Source: Obrimoposthia wandeli (Eukaryota). Taken from it: DNA of 64,000 nt. The position numbers and the translations under genes are program-made. Every line of letters begins with the position of its first letter. Position 1 is the first letter of the stretch. Positions 22,801-37,800 of this stretch are shown here, in pieces. The stretch lies in the NCBI GenBank assembly GCA_977020255.1, contig CDROCS010000090.1:62001-126000 (forward strand), given 5' to 3'. The notes under the pieces were generated by a model. That model was not told the origin of the DNA, made no database searches, and saw nothing but the letters and a program-made list of their open reading frames with translations.

Positions 22801-25800
22801 AGATAATCTTTCTTCGTTCAAGTTCAGGGTTCTGGAGAAGAATGCAATATGTTTATCTTCTTGCACCATGACTCCTGAAAAGGCGGTTTTTGAAGCGTCC
22901 TTTTGAATTTCATTCGGGATATTGAGTTTGATTGGAGATAGTGTGGATGATAAGATTTCCTTTTTCAATTGAGAGAGTGCTGTTTTTGCTGACAGGGGCA
23001 GAGAAAATGTTGCTTCAGAAGAGGTTGGATTTTGTCGGAAAATGATGGTATCCATTTGGCATAATAGCTCAGGAGTCCACGTAGTCTCTGCAATTCCTTT
23101 GCATTGGTTGGTAATGGGTAATCAGTAATAGGTTTTAACCTTTCTGGACCAGGGCGCATTGAATTCTCTTCGATTTGATATCCAAGAAAATTTATGGGCG
23201 TTTTTCGAAGCAAGCATTTATCCATGTTGAGCGAGATTTGGACTTTTTTAACCACTTCAAGGAATTTATTGACGTTTTTGTCATGATCTTCTAGTGATGG
23301 CCCGACGATGATTATGTCACCTAGATAACTGTAGGTGCCTTTGAGATTGTTATCGTCGATAATGTTGTTCATAGTCCGTTGGAAAGCGCTGACGGCATTA
23401 GTAACTCTAAATGGTAGTTTTCTGAACTGATATAAGTTACCGGAGGCTTGGAAAGCCGTGAATATTTTGTCGTATGGGTGCAGAGGTACCTGGTGGTAGG
23501 CTGGTCGCAGGTCCAGTTAGCTAAAGTATTTGTTTTTTGATATTTCTCATCCGAGATTTTGATATTTCCAATGTTTATACTCGGTCTCGGATTTACCTTC
23601 CAGTTTTGGAAAAGTAAAGAGTTTCTCCATCGATGAGTAAAATTTAGTTGAATAAATTGAAGGGAAACTAATAACAAGTTTTATTTAACTAAATTTGAAA
23701 AGTGCTAATATCTAGAAGACTAGATATTTAAACAAAGTTCATCACATTCATCAATAGTATTTCTAAAACTGCCTCCTGTATCCAGTTGTCGTGAGAAGAA
23801 ACAGCAAGCCGCAATCATTGGGACGATCCAGATCTAGAGATCTAAGTCCTGAACAGTTTTGGCGAAATGAACAAGGTATGTACTGGTTTTAGAATTGCAT
23901 TTAGAAAGATGAACATAGTACATCATGCATGATTAAGATAAAATAAATACGAATATGCAGAGTAGCTTTCGAGAAATAGCTCGATATAAAATCTTAATTC
24001 AAACTTTATTTATATTTCTTTCATTCAAAAATAAACAAAAATGTGGAAAAGATATAATATACATTTATAAAGCATCAGAATTTAAATATCATGCAGCATA
24101 CAAAATATCTTTGAAACTTAAACGGGAACTCTTCATAATGCTTATTTTATAAGAAAATCTTCAACATTATTTTAAAAGTATTTATATTCCTAAAATTTCT
24201 TATACAGAGCAATTCCGCTAACCTTACCGATTTAAGAAAGAATTAAAACTTCCAGATACAACATTTATTTAAATGTAGTAAACTTTATATAGGGATGGAA
24301 AAGTTATTTTGCTCTTTAAGCGTTTTGAGTTTTTGAATAAAAATTCTAACAAATTTTCTTAATTATATAAATATACAATAAAAAGTTCATTTTCATTTAA
24401 AAATAAAGAAACTAATAAGAAAAAATATCTTGAAATCTTGTATGAAAATAAACAAACTATAAACCATATTTATTTAAAATCGAAAAGTTTGATAACATTC
24501 CTTTTATTCGTATTTCTTTGCTTAACTGTTTTCTTCTAAATTTTTAATTTGATTTTTTTCCATCAACATTTATGTAATCTGATTTTAATTTACAGAAAGT
24601 CTTCATGATATTAATGTATAAAGATCTTGGTAGCCATTCTAATACACCATCATTATTTTCATTAAATCATGGACAGAGCTGTAATCTTGTACAAGGACAA
24701 TAATTCATGAAATGTAATTTTACTAGTTTCCGTGCATATGTACTGAGTATATCTCTCTGCCCGTGTCGTTCGTATTTACTGCTACCATAAGTCCATGGCA
24801 TAACCATACTCCTGAGCATTAATCTTCAACCACCACAATCACAAAATTTTTTAATTTAAAACTTCGTAGAGCTCCATCTTTTCCTAATAATATAATACAT
24901 CATACAAATACCAATTATCGGGACCGCCCAATTTAAACTTTTTTTCATTCGTATAGGTAACTTTAGACCAGTCCAAATTATTCTCCATCCGAAGTCTTAT
25001 TAACCTTATTCTTCTTACCTCTCATATGCACTCAACAAAATTCCCCGTAGATACTTTCCATACCTCATGTCATTTAGGAAAATTTTATTCAATGTTCTTC
25101 AAGTTTAAGGATTCTACGATTGATCTGCATGTGACTTAAAATCCTTCTAAATTATCTTTCTTTATAAATCGGACAATCCGACTGTTCACCCTTTTTTCTC
25201 TATAGTGTTTCGTTCCTGTTTTCATTTTAATTTGTTTACACACATGCGCATAAATATTTTGCTGTTATTTTAGAAATTTGCAATATTTGACTTTTTTCAG
25301 TATAAGTTTTGCCTTCATCGCGTTGAAATCTAAACAGCGTCAAAATATTATCTTATCTAAAAATAATCATAATTTAATTATTAGCTAAAAAATCTATTTT
25401 AAAATTTAACATTATTTAAAAATTAGAAATAAAGTTATGACAACAAATTAAAACTGATTGGTATTTTAAAATGTAGCCAAATAAAATTAAAATTACATAA
25501 AAGTTTTAAAAAATTCATCACTTTACATGATTTATTATGTATTATAACTAATAAAAGATTCTGAACATGACCATCATTATTCTCCACATAAAGTTGACGT
25601 CGCTTGTAAAAGCTTTGACCATAATTATCTTGTTCATGTCGTCTTTTTTTTAAATCCTCTAATCGTCGTTTTTCTTTTTCACAATTAGTAGATATATAAT
25701 TAGATGCCTTTTTTAAATTTATAAATCTGAGATAATTCATATTGCATTTGTAATTCAGACAAATCTTATGCGGTTTATTTATAAATATCCATAAATATCC

Positions 25801-28800
25801 ACATGCATAAACATAGTATATCTGAGATATTAAAATAGTCATTAATTATGGCTAAAAAATTAAGAACAAAAAGATAGTTTCGATTTATAAATGTTCCCAT
25901 GTTTAAATTGTAAATAGCGATCTTATTTTTTTCAAGATGCTTAAATTTTGACATAAATTTGAATAAACGGTGTTCTTAATTTGTTCCATTAAAAAACGTC
26001 GGGCAATGTCTTAAGCGGGGACTTTGCAGTTATTGAATAAACCATGATTACCAATTCATCTCTTGGGAAGATGTTTCTTTTTCAACCATTGGGGACATCC
26101 TCTTGCATCATTAGTCGATCCCCTGGGTCAGATATTTCTTGAAGATGAAGACTAAAATATGTCTCCAACATAAATGTTAATATTATTATTAAACAAATTT
26201 CAATTACTGACTATTGTAAATGCATAATCTCCGTTTATTATTATTAGTTTGGTTATATGAAGAAATCACAAAGCGCGATTGTTCAAAGGTAGAATGTACG
26301 ACCTGTGAGACTGGTGGCTTCGAAAGTCAAAATAAAACTGGGAAATTCTCGAAATAATTTATTTCCAATTGTACAAATAGTTGACATATATATATATGTG
26401 CAGTCGATTCAGATCACGAAAGAAGTACTTTGGTGCACTGTGTTCCAGAGCCCTTATTAATGTACACGGACGTCGAGAAACCGGACTTCCGTGTGCCACA
26501 GAAAGGTGGGATATGACTTTGTGTGGAGAACTGCCAGACAACATCTGGATTGGTGACCATTTAATTATTAACAAAGTGAAATCCAAACTAGAGTTATATA
26601 TTATTCTGAAGTGTGAAACTTCAGCATTTAACATGGTCAATAATGAGATGTTTGATCTCTGACTGCCAGATGACAATTACCTCATTTTACTCATGGAATA
26701 CAAAACAATACATTTATAATCATTATTACTTATTTAATAATAATTTTAATCGATTCTGTGATTTACACTTTCTAAATCTTTCCTTTTAAATTAAATTTTC
26801 TTCATTTACAAAATCCATCGAATTCGCTTCAGAATGTAACATAAATGACTCTTTTTTTCCAGCTGAACCAAAAGTCGAGTCTGGTACGGAAGACACCAGT
26901 TTGTCTTCCTCAGAAGCCGAGGAAGAAGTAAAAGAAGGTAATTATTTTCCAAATAAAATAACATAATATTTTAAAAGAATATTGGTCAAGATTCAGCTAC
27001 TTGTACCTTACTCTGGGGCATTAAATTAATTCTTTAAATTGAATGCGTTGATATTTCTGAAGGTTGATACTTGATAACAATTCACTGTACGATCTCGATT
27101 TGTTTGTTTTTGAATCGCTTAGTAACGTAGCATTAAAACAATATGATGATGTATGAATTTTACTAATTCGATCTATTTAAATCTCTACTTATGTGTTTGG
27201 GGAGCTAATAATTTAACATTGCACTGACTCCATGTGACACGATGAATTGTATTAAAGAAATATTATGAAAATTCATTTATTTTTGTTGGAGAGCTGGATT
27301 TAACGATATTGTTGCGTCTTGTCAGGAGAAGACTCTGTTAACACTGGATCCAGCAGTTTCAAATGGGAAATGTTGATGAAAGCGACAAAAGGCGCATTGG
27401 TAATCCATCACCAGAAGTTGAAGAAGAAATCAAATTGCTTTCGAGCACGAGCTGTCACATAGCAAGTCGGAATTAGCAAATGAGATGGATGAAAAATCTG
27501 CGCAAAGCTTATATAAAAACATCTTAAATGCTAATCATTAAATAAAGAGAATAGCCTTCACAAAAGAACATCAAAAAGTAAGAAAAATTGCACCAAAGAT
27601 TGGTTCAAACGCTTCTTGAATTTTAAATCAATTATTAATTCAGCTGAGGCTCAATTTTCATTAGTTGCACCTGATTATTCTCTTTCGTGGGAGCTAGACA
27701 ATGAAGGTAAATGTAGTTTTAGAATTAGTCGAGCATTTTATGGCGGTTCAGATTTGGTACGTGGATTCGCTATCTCTAATAGAAAGTTTCATGTTGAAAT
27801 AATTGATAGTACATTTAGACATTGTCATTTATTTAGAAATAATATGCTGCCCAATTTTACAGTCAGTAAATGTCAGATTTATGCAAGATAATGCAAGACG
27901 ATATACTCGCTTAAAAGCTAAAAAGATGTTTATCAAAGAAAATATTCGAGTTTTGAAGCGGCCTTCACATAACTCAGATTTATATATTATAGAGAATATG
28001 TGAAAGATTTTTAAGGTTTCTATATATATTTGTGTGTCATTTAAATATAATATTACTTTTCATTCCTTTATTCACAATATAATTCTTTAAAATTGTACTT
28101 TTTTGAAATTTCCAATTGTTTATCTAACTTATAAAATATGAAAATATAAATGTAATGAATTAACGCAATCACTTTAATATTAATCTGGATATGTTCTAAA
28201 CAACGGTTAAAATTTTAAAAAATCTTGAAAAATTCAAACATATTCCTTTTTTTATTCATTTATTCTTTATGCATGTTATCGTTCTAAAATAACTACATCT
28301 ACTACAACTTAATCCAAGTCCTGGTGTATAGGAGCTTCTATAAATATATTATTTTGACAATATCTAGGAAATTCTCTTTTATTAAATTATAAGGTCGTAT
28401 CAAACATTTCCCCAAATTTGACTGAAATCTCATAGGACTTTGATTGAATTTAATTTTTTTGTTTTAACTTTTCAATAATTTAAGAAGGATATTTCAAAAT
28501 TTTGTTAATAATTATAAAAAAATTATATTATTTTATTATTTTCAAAAATTCCGCAAAAGAAGGAAAATAGAAGAGGAGTATCGGAATAATGTTAAACACA
28601 GTATTGGTAATTCAAATGATTGTATTAGCGGAAAAGGTTGATTAAAAATACTTTAATGTAAATTGTTTTAATCTTTACAAATTATTAGAATAATAAAGTT
28701 TTTGATTCATGGTATAATCCTATTTTAGATGTATACTTTGTCCATCTTAGTGAGTATTAACAAATATCATATTCATTTCCAATTTTATGCTGATGACCCA

Positions 28801-31800
28801 CAACTTTATGTTGTTTTGATTCTAATGACTTTATAATCATATTTTCTAAAATGTAAAATCTTATTAATGAGATATCTATATCAAGACAATTGAACTTAAA
28901 TGAAAATAAAACGGTGGCTAGATTTTTTATATCGAAGAATTATAAATTCTTAATTTTTTTTCCAATTTGTTATGACTTCCACTAAACTATAATTTTTTAA
29001 TATGTAAATAAATAACTTTTTTCAAACTGCTAATGAATTTACTTATTAGATATATTTTATCAATGCAATAAATATTATTGGCTCAATAAGACCCAAGAAA
29101 TTTTTCAATAAGGGTTAAAATGACTCGAAGGTGTCACGAATAATTTTTTTTCAAGGAACCGAGGAAGGTTGATACTCAACTTATCATTTAAAATTTTAAA
29201 CATAGCCGTGGGTATTTTATTCAAATTAAAGAAAAGGGCTTGTACAGGTGAACATTTAATGAATCTCCATTGGCTATCGATCGATGCCAGAATGGAATTC
29301 AAGATTCTATTTTATTTTCAAAAAATGTATTCTCTCTTCTTCAGTCTGGTGCAGTGAGCATGTATATGCATCTTAGGAGCAACTATGATAACTGCAGATT
29401 GCTTAAGAAATTCTCAAATAACAAACAGAGTGGGGGCATATTTAACTGATGAATATAAGGAACTGTAACAATGTTGAAAAACTCAAGGAGCAGCTGAAGA
29501 CTCTGATAGTAATAAATCATAGATGCGTCGGATTAAATATATTATTGCAATTGTTATTTAATTTATGTAAATCATAACATTGATAAAAACGTCCCTATTA
29601 AGATCACAACAACAAAAACAATGTTGTGAATTAATTGGCGTTGAGAGAGTAGAAATCTTGAAATGCTTGAGTAAATCTAATTTACTTTTTTACATATAAA
29701 CTGTGCAGCTAAATCTATCAACTTTCATTTATAATTTATATTTGGGAAGAAATTGCCATTATATATCCGGATGTGGATTTCTATCATAAAATGTGTCCGA
29801 AGACTCCAAAGCCAAATTACGGAAAATATCATTGCAAATGTATAGACAGCTTGCACCATACAATTTTCATTTACATTAGTCATCCACAATCAGAGAAAAT
29901 AAGCAAACCTAACAAACTAAAGACAAAAACCGCAATGCAACATTTCCCGTACTGATTTTGGTGCTAAAAAGTAGATAAGAATTGATAAAAAAAATGTTCA
30001 ACAAGAATTGTGAAATAAAGCTGTTTAAACAATTTATTTGACTCCTATTCGTTCAGAGAGCAAACCTGAACAGAAAACTTGGACCAATGTTTATCTCATG
30101 AAAACTGGTACGTTATACAAGTGCTTTTGTAATAAATTTCAATTTGACTTCTTTACGTATTTTTATAAAATTAATTGTAACTTAAAAAATAAATCTTCTT
30201 CAAAGAAATTTTTTTTTCAATTTTTCTTTTATAGTTTTCGTTGACCCTTGTGCATGGGGTAAAAGTATGAATATTATAATACAATGCAAACGGACCTACA
30301 TAAATTAATTTATAATAATAAAATAAAATTTAAGTTGATGCCAATTTGATTTTGAATTTTTACCTTATTTATGATTCTAAAATCTATTTTTACAGTTTAA
30401 CCAACTTTTTTTTGTCTTACAAGTTAATATATGATTTAGAAAATCTAAATAATTATCAATTATAAAATTCCAAATCGTGTATTATAAATGCATTAAGTAG
30501 TTATATAAACAAATGTAAAGATTACAACAAGTGTTCAATGTTTAATGAATACACAAAATTAAATCTATATGATTTTTTAAAAAACTTTTTGTAGAAAGAG
30601 CTCATATTCGTTTTTCTTTGTTGTACTAATTATTCAATATTATTCAAAAATTATTTACAATGTTTACTACTTTATAGAATTTGATTTCTATTCATATAAT
30701 TAAATTACTCTTCAATTAAATTCTCAAAACGGATCTTAAAAACAATGTATCATATTCTCACTCAATTCCTTCTATTCATTCCAGATCTTGTCAAATCTCC
30801 CATTCATCCCGATCATGCACATTCCTTCCAGAAGTTTTTTGTGAATCGATCAAACTCTGAGCAAGAGAAACTCCAAGGTAACATAACTCTGCATTTAGTA
30901 ATGAATCTTTATTATATTATTAGAAGAAAATTTTAAAAATATATAAGAGCGAGATCATTGTTTGTGGAACGATACCGAGTGATATTTTATATTTTAATTT
31001 AGGTCACTATATATACTTTATCCCACCTAAGGCCTAATATAATTTAAAAAGTACCTAGAATATTTGTAGAAACTGTTGAAGCATAATATCGGGTAGGGTT
31101 TATTTAGTATAAGTAATTAAATTAAAAATATGTATGTTTATTATTTTACTTTATTTTTTTCAATTTTTATTTTTAATTTATTTATAGAACATTCTACTTA
31201 TTTTAATAAGTAAACGACTTTCTAAATATATTTCAGAATTTTTATTGTTAATTAGTTGAATAAAATAGAATTATAAAGATCATTTTCATATTAGCGTAGC
31301 TCTTTGTAGTTCTATATAAAAATAAGGATAACTTATGAAAATATGGACAGTTTTTCAAGTGTTCCAGTTCTTTATTTCATCAGATGGATTTCATTTCTTC
31401 TTTAAATTAACTAAATTATTAAGGTATGTTTCAAAAATATTTTAATTCAAAACTTACTTTCCATCAGAAAATAATGCATATCTAGCCGGTTTCATGTTAA
31501 AAGACTTTGGGGGACTTCATCGGGATACAAGTTTTTTTACGTTTTCAGAGCAAATGAGACTGTATAAATTGAATTTCTCAAAACAAATCAGAATCACAAA
31601 ATTGTCTATTGCAGTAACAAATACAAAATTTGGTGCAAAGAATAAAGTATTGAAAGTTTTGGTGACTTTTTGTCGATGGAAATGTATCAAGTATTAACCC
31701 TCAGCCTGCCAACGTTTGACATAACCTATTCAAGCCAACGTGTGATTTTAAGAATCACACCTTAATTTATGTATTTTTCATTGTTTTAGTCAGTTAAATT

Positions 31801-34800
31801 TATGAATCACACCTTAATTAATGTATTTTTTTATGTATGGATATACAATTTGTAGTTCAACTTATCAAGTAATTGTAAATAATATGAAGTGTGATTTTTA
31901 AAATCACACGTTGGCAGGCTGAGGGTTAAAGCAGTTCTCTAACATAAATTCTATCAATTAGTGTTTGTAATATCAGTATCTTTTTCAAGGCAGATGAAAG
32001 AATCCTACAACTCTAATAAATCGATTGTTGACTTAATTCAGTATAATAGATTTGCAATGGAATGCTGGTGCTGACTTTTACGAAGGTTAATGGAAAACAG
32101 GAAGCGTTTTTGAGTAATAAATCATAGATTCACGTGACATTAGCGCAATATTAAATATATTCTAAAATAAAAATATTAAAATTTCATCAATCAACGCTCT
32201 ATAATGATTCTATTTTCACAGATTCGAAGCTTCAATTGAGAAGTCTTTCTCTGGCTACTGAAAATGTGAAGCCATCAATAATTACCAATAGAAAAGGCGA
32301 GTAAAAAGTGAAAATTTTATAGAAAATTCTATAAATTAATGTTCAATTTCAAAATAATTTTATTTGAAAAATTAAAGGGAGAATTCAAAATATAAACAAT
32401 ATTTAATTTTTATAGAAAATTTTGAATTTATATAGCAAAAAAAAATTTGATTTAAAAAAACACACAAATTTAATTGTTTCTGCACGGCATTCTGGGAAAT
32501 GACAACAACTTTTTTATATTCTGATCTTCTTTCTACTCTTTATTTTACCTTTTTTGTCTTCGTTTACAAGCCCAGTTATTCTTATGGAAAAAGCAATTGT
32601 TGAGGTAAAATAATTTGCAAATTTCAAATACGTTGAATTCTTCTAGAATTTTCATCTTATGACCGGGTAAATTGTTTATTGGTAGAAATTACTGAATTGA
32701 TAATAAGATGTCTTTCTTTAGAAATATTTCCTAATTTCCAGAATGCCGCAGAAATTTGTTTTCTTTGTTCTGTCTGTATATTGTCATTACATTTAAGTAT
32801 CTTGTAGTCTTTCATTTCTCTACCTGGTTTCATTACAAAAGGTCTTTGATGTGAGCGATAAGATTTTCTACTGTTGCAGTTTTTTGTTTTCAGGCTATGT
32901 CATCTTCCTCTTACATTTTCGCCCACGTTAGGGTCTAACTGAAACTTTATTATTATTATTATCAGCAGCATTTATCCGTAAATATTGTTAAAACAGCTCT
33001 TGGCAAATTGTTACTCGAATTATACTCTTCACTAATTACATGCTCTATTTCTGAATCTAGTTGATCATCCGTTCATCGCTTTCTTTATCCCCATTCTTTA
33101 ATAAACCCCAAGCTTCATTGCCAGATTCCATTCCAGGCCTGGAAATTAGATTCCAAAGACAGCTATATAAATACTAAATTCTCTGTAGGTAGGCAGCTAA
33201 TATATATTCTTTAAACCATAGTCAAGATTTGAGCAGAGTTACTATTGAATATTCAGGAAAGAAGGATGTAATCCAAATGTTGTTGGTCCAATCAAAATAA
33301 CGTTTAAACAATATTTTTTTTGAGGTCTGACTATTCTCAATTTAGGTAATTCACAATTTCAAAAATATGAAAGCTGACTTATATAAAAGATATACGATTT
33401 TCCGTAAACTATCGTATGTGCATTAAAGACCTTTTCGAAAATAGTCAAATTGACAAACGACAGTTTACAGATCTTTTTTAATTAAATAAAATTCCAACTA
33501 TATTACGCTTTCTGGCATGGATATAAATGGTTTATTAATGTTAAATAGATATTACATCGAATTACGACACTTTTGTACATACAACTCTTTCCGAGATTAG
33601 TGATGATGTGCTATAGATGAGAAATAATGTAGGTATGTAATTTAAAAGATCCAAATTAAATATATTAATATTAACGTTTCGCAGCAAAAGAATACATATT
33701 TTGTGTAAATCTAAAATGAGGTCACATCAATGTAGCACTAAGTGCTTAAAACATCACAAACTTTGAAAACTGTTAAGTAAACCTTGCAAAGATAATGCTG
33801 TTCTTCATTTGTTTATGTTGGATTTTGATTATTAGTCACTTGATATTTAGTATATTGTAGAAATTAAAGAATATTAAATCTTTAGTAATTTGTAATCATT
33901 AAAGTATGAGAATGAAAGTAGAGCCACATGACACTGTTACCTTCCTCTTTGTAGAAATAAAAGCAAATTTGGAGAAAAGTGATTCCTTAAATCTGGACAA
34001 TCGGAATTCCTGGAAGTTCGACAGAAGCAATTCTCTGAGGTCCAACCAATGGAAGCTTAAGGAGTCAAGTAAAGAACGTAAGTCAAACTATATTCTTTTT
34101 CGGGTTCTCAAACAAATTCTGTTCCAGTACTTGATAAATTTATTTTAATTGCACCTTTTTCCACAACGTAGAAAAATGTCAGAATTGCTGAAGTATTTAT
34201 TACGATAATCATTCTAATATGTTTACAAGAGTGTTTGAATGAATTTAGGATATGATCGATAACTGACTTATCCCATAATATCCTCGGTCGAAGGTCAAGA
34301 ACGAAGGAAGGAACAAAACCTGTGGACATACAAACATGTTACTTCAACTCGCCAAGGTGCCAGATCAGTATCATATTGGAAGGGAAAATAGAAAATATTT
34401 TAAAGGAAATCCAACTGAAAGATGAAAAAAAAATGCAACAATTTTGGGAGCGAACTTTTTTATCTACAGAACCAATGGAAAATGTTAATCCAGTGAAACT
34501 AAAGAAAACGTACCAAGAAGCATTCTTCATGTTTTATAGGATATAACAACTTAAGAACAAGATTGAAGATACATAAGCTATGACGACCAGACTCCCAAGA
34601 TTGAAACAAATAAGAAAATAAATGGGAGAAGTAAGTGCTATCGAGTCCAGTTGTAGCGACATGGCGGAAATAAATAAAAGAAGAATGATAGATTTTAATA
34701 ATAATAATTGTGCAAAACAGTTACAAAGACAAAAAGTTTCTTTTAGTTATTTCTCATCATTTCAGTTCGGGAAAAATATTTCACTACTTGCGAGTGACGC

Positions 34801-37800
34801 ATTATATTATTGAACAATCACGGCTGGTACTCTTTCCCGGTAACCCGACTTTGAACTCAACGAAAAACTATTATTTACACTCACTTATTCATTTTATTTT
34901 TCAATATTTTTTCAAACAGTCAGTAATTTTTGATTTTTACATATACGGACGAGATGCGAAAATTAAGTCGCCGTTTTATTTGAATTTTAGGCGTTAATAT
35001 CAGTGAGAAATACACCAGGTAATCTTGAGAAGCTATCTGTAGGCCATTTTTTGTAAACAATCTAAAGTTTAGAGATACACATTGTTTTCTCTTTTTTGGT
35101 TATTGTCTAGTATTTTAATTTAATAATGTGAGCCATATGTTTAGCTTGCTTATAGTGTCTTGATAGTGGATGTAAAGAGACTTTTTTGTCCCTGAATTTC
35201 ACTATCATTCTTAATAGGATTTCTGACATTAAAAAAGATTGTATATTGACTTGTGTCATTAATGTACAACTACAGTAATTATTCACCTATAGGGGTCCCA
35301 CCTATAAGGGTGTCCGGTCACCGAAAATTTCACGCTTCACCTATAATAGTACCTTTCCAAGCTTTTAAATGATGCATCTATAAGTGATTCGGTGTCGGTC
35401 TCTCTCAAAAACATGTTTTAATGAATACCCTACAGGTGAATAATTACTGTAGTCTATGTATATGAAATTAATCATTACATTTCAATAGTTTTGATACCAG
35501 TATCTTAAAATATGAGGAATTTATAACAAAATATAATGACTTATACTATGTCTCAAGAATATATCGCTTTTGTGCGTGAATCGTTTATAGTTGCGCTTAG
35601 AGGCTACTTTTCATTACATATTGAAGCCACTTTCATTATAATTGCACGCTTATTATATATTATATAGTGAGAATAGTTTTTTTTTATATAAATGCCGCTA
35701 AGTATTTTAATTTAAAATTTTGATTTGATAAATTATTAAAAGTTAGCGAAATTTTGACTGCTCGAAACACAAAATTGCACATTTATGAAACAAGTATATA
35801 TCTGCATTTGGTGAAACATTTATCTGAATCCAATGTTTCTGTACAGACGTTCTCAAACATGGAGACTCTATCGAAGACATATTTGATCAAATTTCAAGAA
35901 GTTCAGTACGACCAAGTGAGAATTTAGGGATTATCTTATTTTTATTAGGTACAACTGACTATAAAAATGTCAAAGCACCAACTTTTATAACCCGAGAACT
36001 TCACAATTTAAAAAATATATATGTAAACTCAAGCTACAATTGAAAGAAAAATAATCTATACACAAAAATTAGAAAATCACTTTTGAAATTTCTTTAAAAA
36101 CTCGGAAATACTGGACAAAAAAGTGAAGAATGAATATGATTTAAATTACGAAAACGATCATGTGAACTCTTAAAATTCATAATTTTTAAATATTTTTATG
36201 ATTTATTTTATTCTGTATATATTTACTGCAAAATAAAATATTTCTAAAATGGATAATGATGTATAAAGAGTGGGAATAATATCATTTAAATATAAGAAAA
36301 TTCAAAGAAAATTTAAATGAAAATTTTAATATTTATATTTATTTTAATTTCTCCATACCTTACGTAGAGATCAGACTTGACCTTGCTAAAAATAGCATCA
36401 TTGTTTTCGTCTTTCGAGCGTTATTTTGAATATCACTTCAACCTAATATATCTAAGGAACAACTCAATTCCAACAATTCCAATTTTTAACAAAAATAACT
36501 ATTAAATAGGTATACTAACTTTTAAAACCACATATTTATAATTATTTCAAAAGCGAGAATTTTGTCTATTAAAATGTAAAAATATTTTGAAGATCTTTCG
36601 TTAAATAAAAATTAATTGGATTTTTAAAAATGGCAAATTTAATTTTTCAGATAAATAATTTTATACATAAATAAATAAGACAGATTTCGAAGTGCATAGT
36701 TGTGTTTTTAAATAGAACTAACTAATTTTACAGTTCAATGAATCATATCCAAGTAATTGTATCTTTGATCATTTCTTCTGAAACTGTTCGAAATGTTCAA
36801 TAAAAAGATCTACTTAAAAATGACTAGATTTTTTTTCAGTTTTCTTTAAATTTCAGTATACTCTATTAAACGTAAAAAGGCACTTATAATTTTTTAAACT
36901 ATTTTAAAATTATTTTTATTATAATTTATTTTAATTTTTTTTGTTCTTTATTTTAAAAAAATAATTTAAATATAATATTTGAACATATTTTTATTAAATG
37001 ACTCAATCTCATATTCTATTTTAATTACATTTTATATTTATTTAAAAATAAATTATTTTAACATTTTATTTAAGTTAGTATAATAATTATAAAACAGTCA
37101 GAAATTTAAAATTTATAAATGAGCGCCTCAAACGGGTTTTAAATTATTAAAAATATTTATTTTAAAACACGTAAATCTATTAAAAAAGCTTTACCATCTT
37201 TCACCGTGCTTTGAATTTAATGAATAAAATAGAAGATAAATATTAATTTTTTTTATATTTCAACCCACACTTTATTTTGTAAAAAAAATTTAATTCATAT
37301 TCAATTAATAAAAATAAATTTATTATACTTTTATCTCGATAAGAAAAATAAAATAAGCTGATAATGTATTCGATACTCGTCATTTCTTCTTTATATATCA
37401 TTATTCGTAATTTACACCAAATCTATAAATAAAACTTTGACGAATTTTTAAAATATTTTATTTATAAATAGCAAAATACATTTCACCTTCACACATACTC
37501 ATAAACAAAAACTCTGAATAGAATCACAATGTAAAACAGATAATGTTGACTTGATTAATATTGTTATGTAAAACTTTAGATTTATAATAAAATCTTGTAT
37601 CTCCTTGTATGTCTGGATATAGACTTCATAATAGTTTCATAACTTGTGAACATGCGGATCATTTTTATCACTAACAAAATAAGTTGCTACATAATTGTGA
37701 AGTACAAAAATTATCATCACCGTCGAGACGAGCATATTTAGTATGGTTTGAGAATTTGTAGGAACCAGATTAACGCTGATCTGTCTTGCAGGACGAGAAC

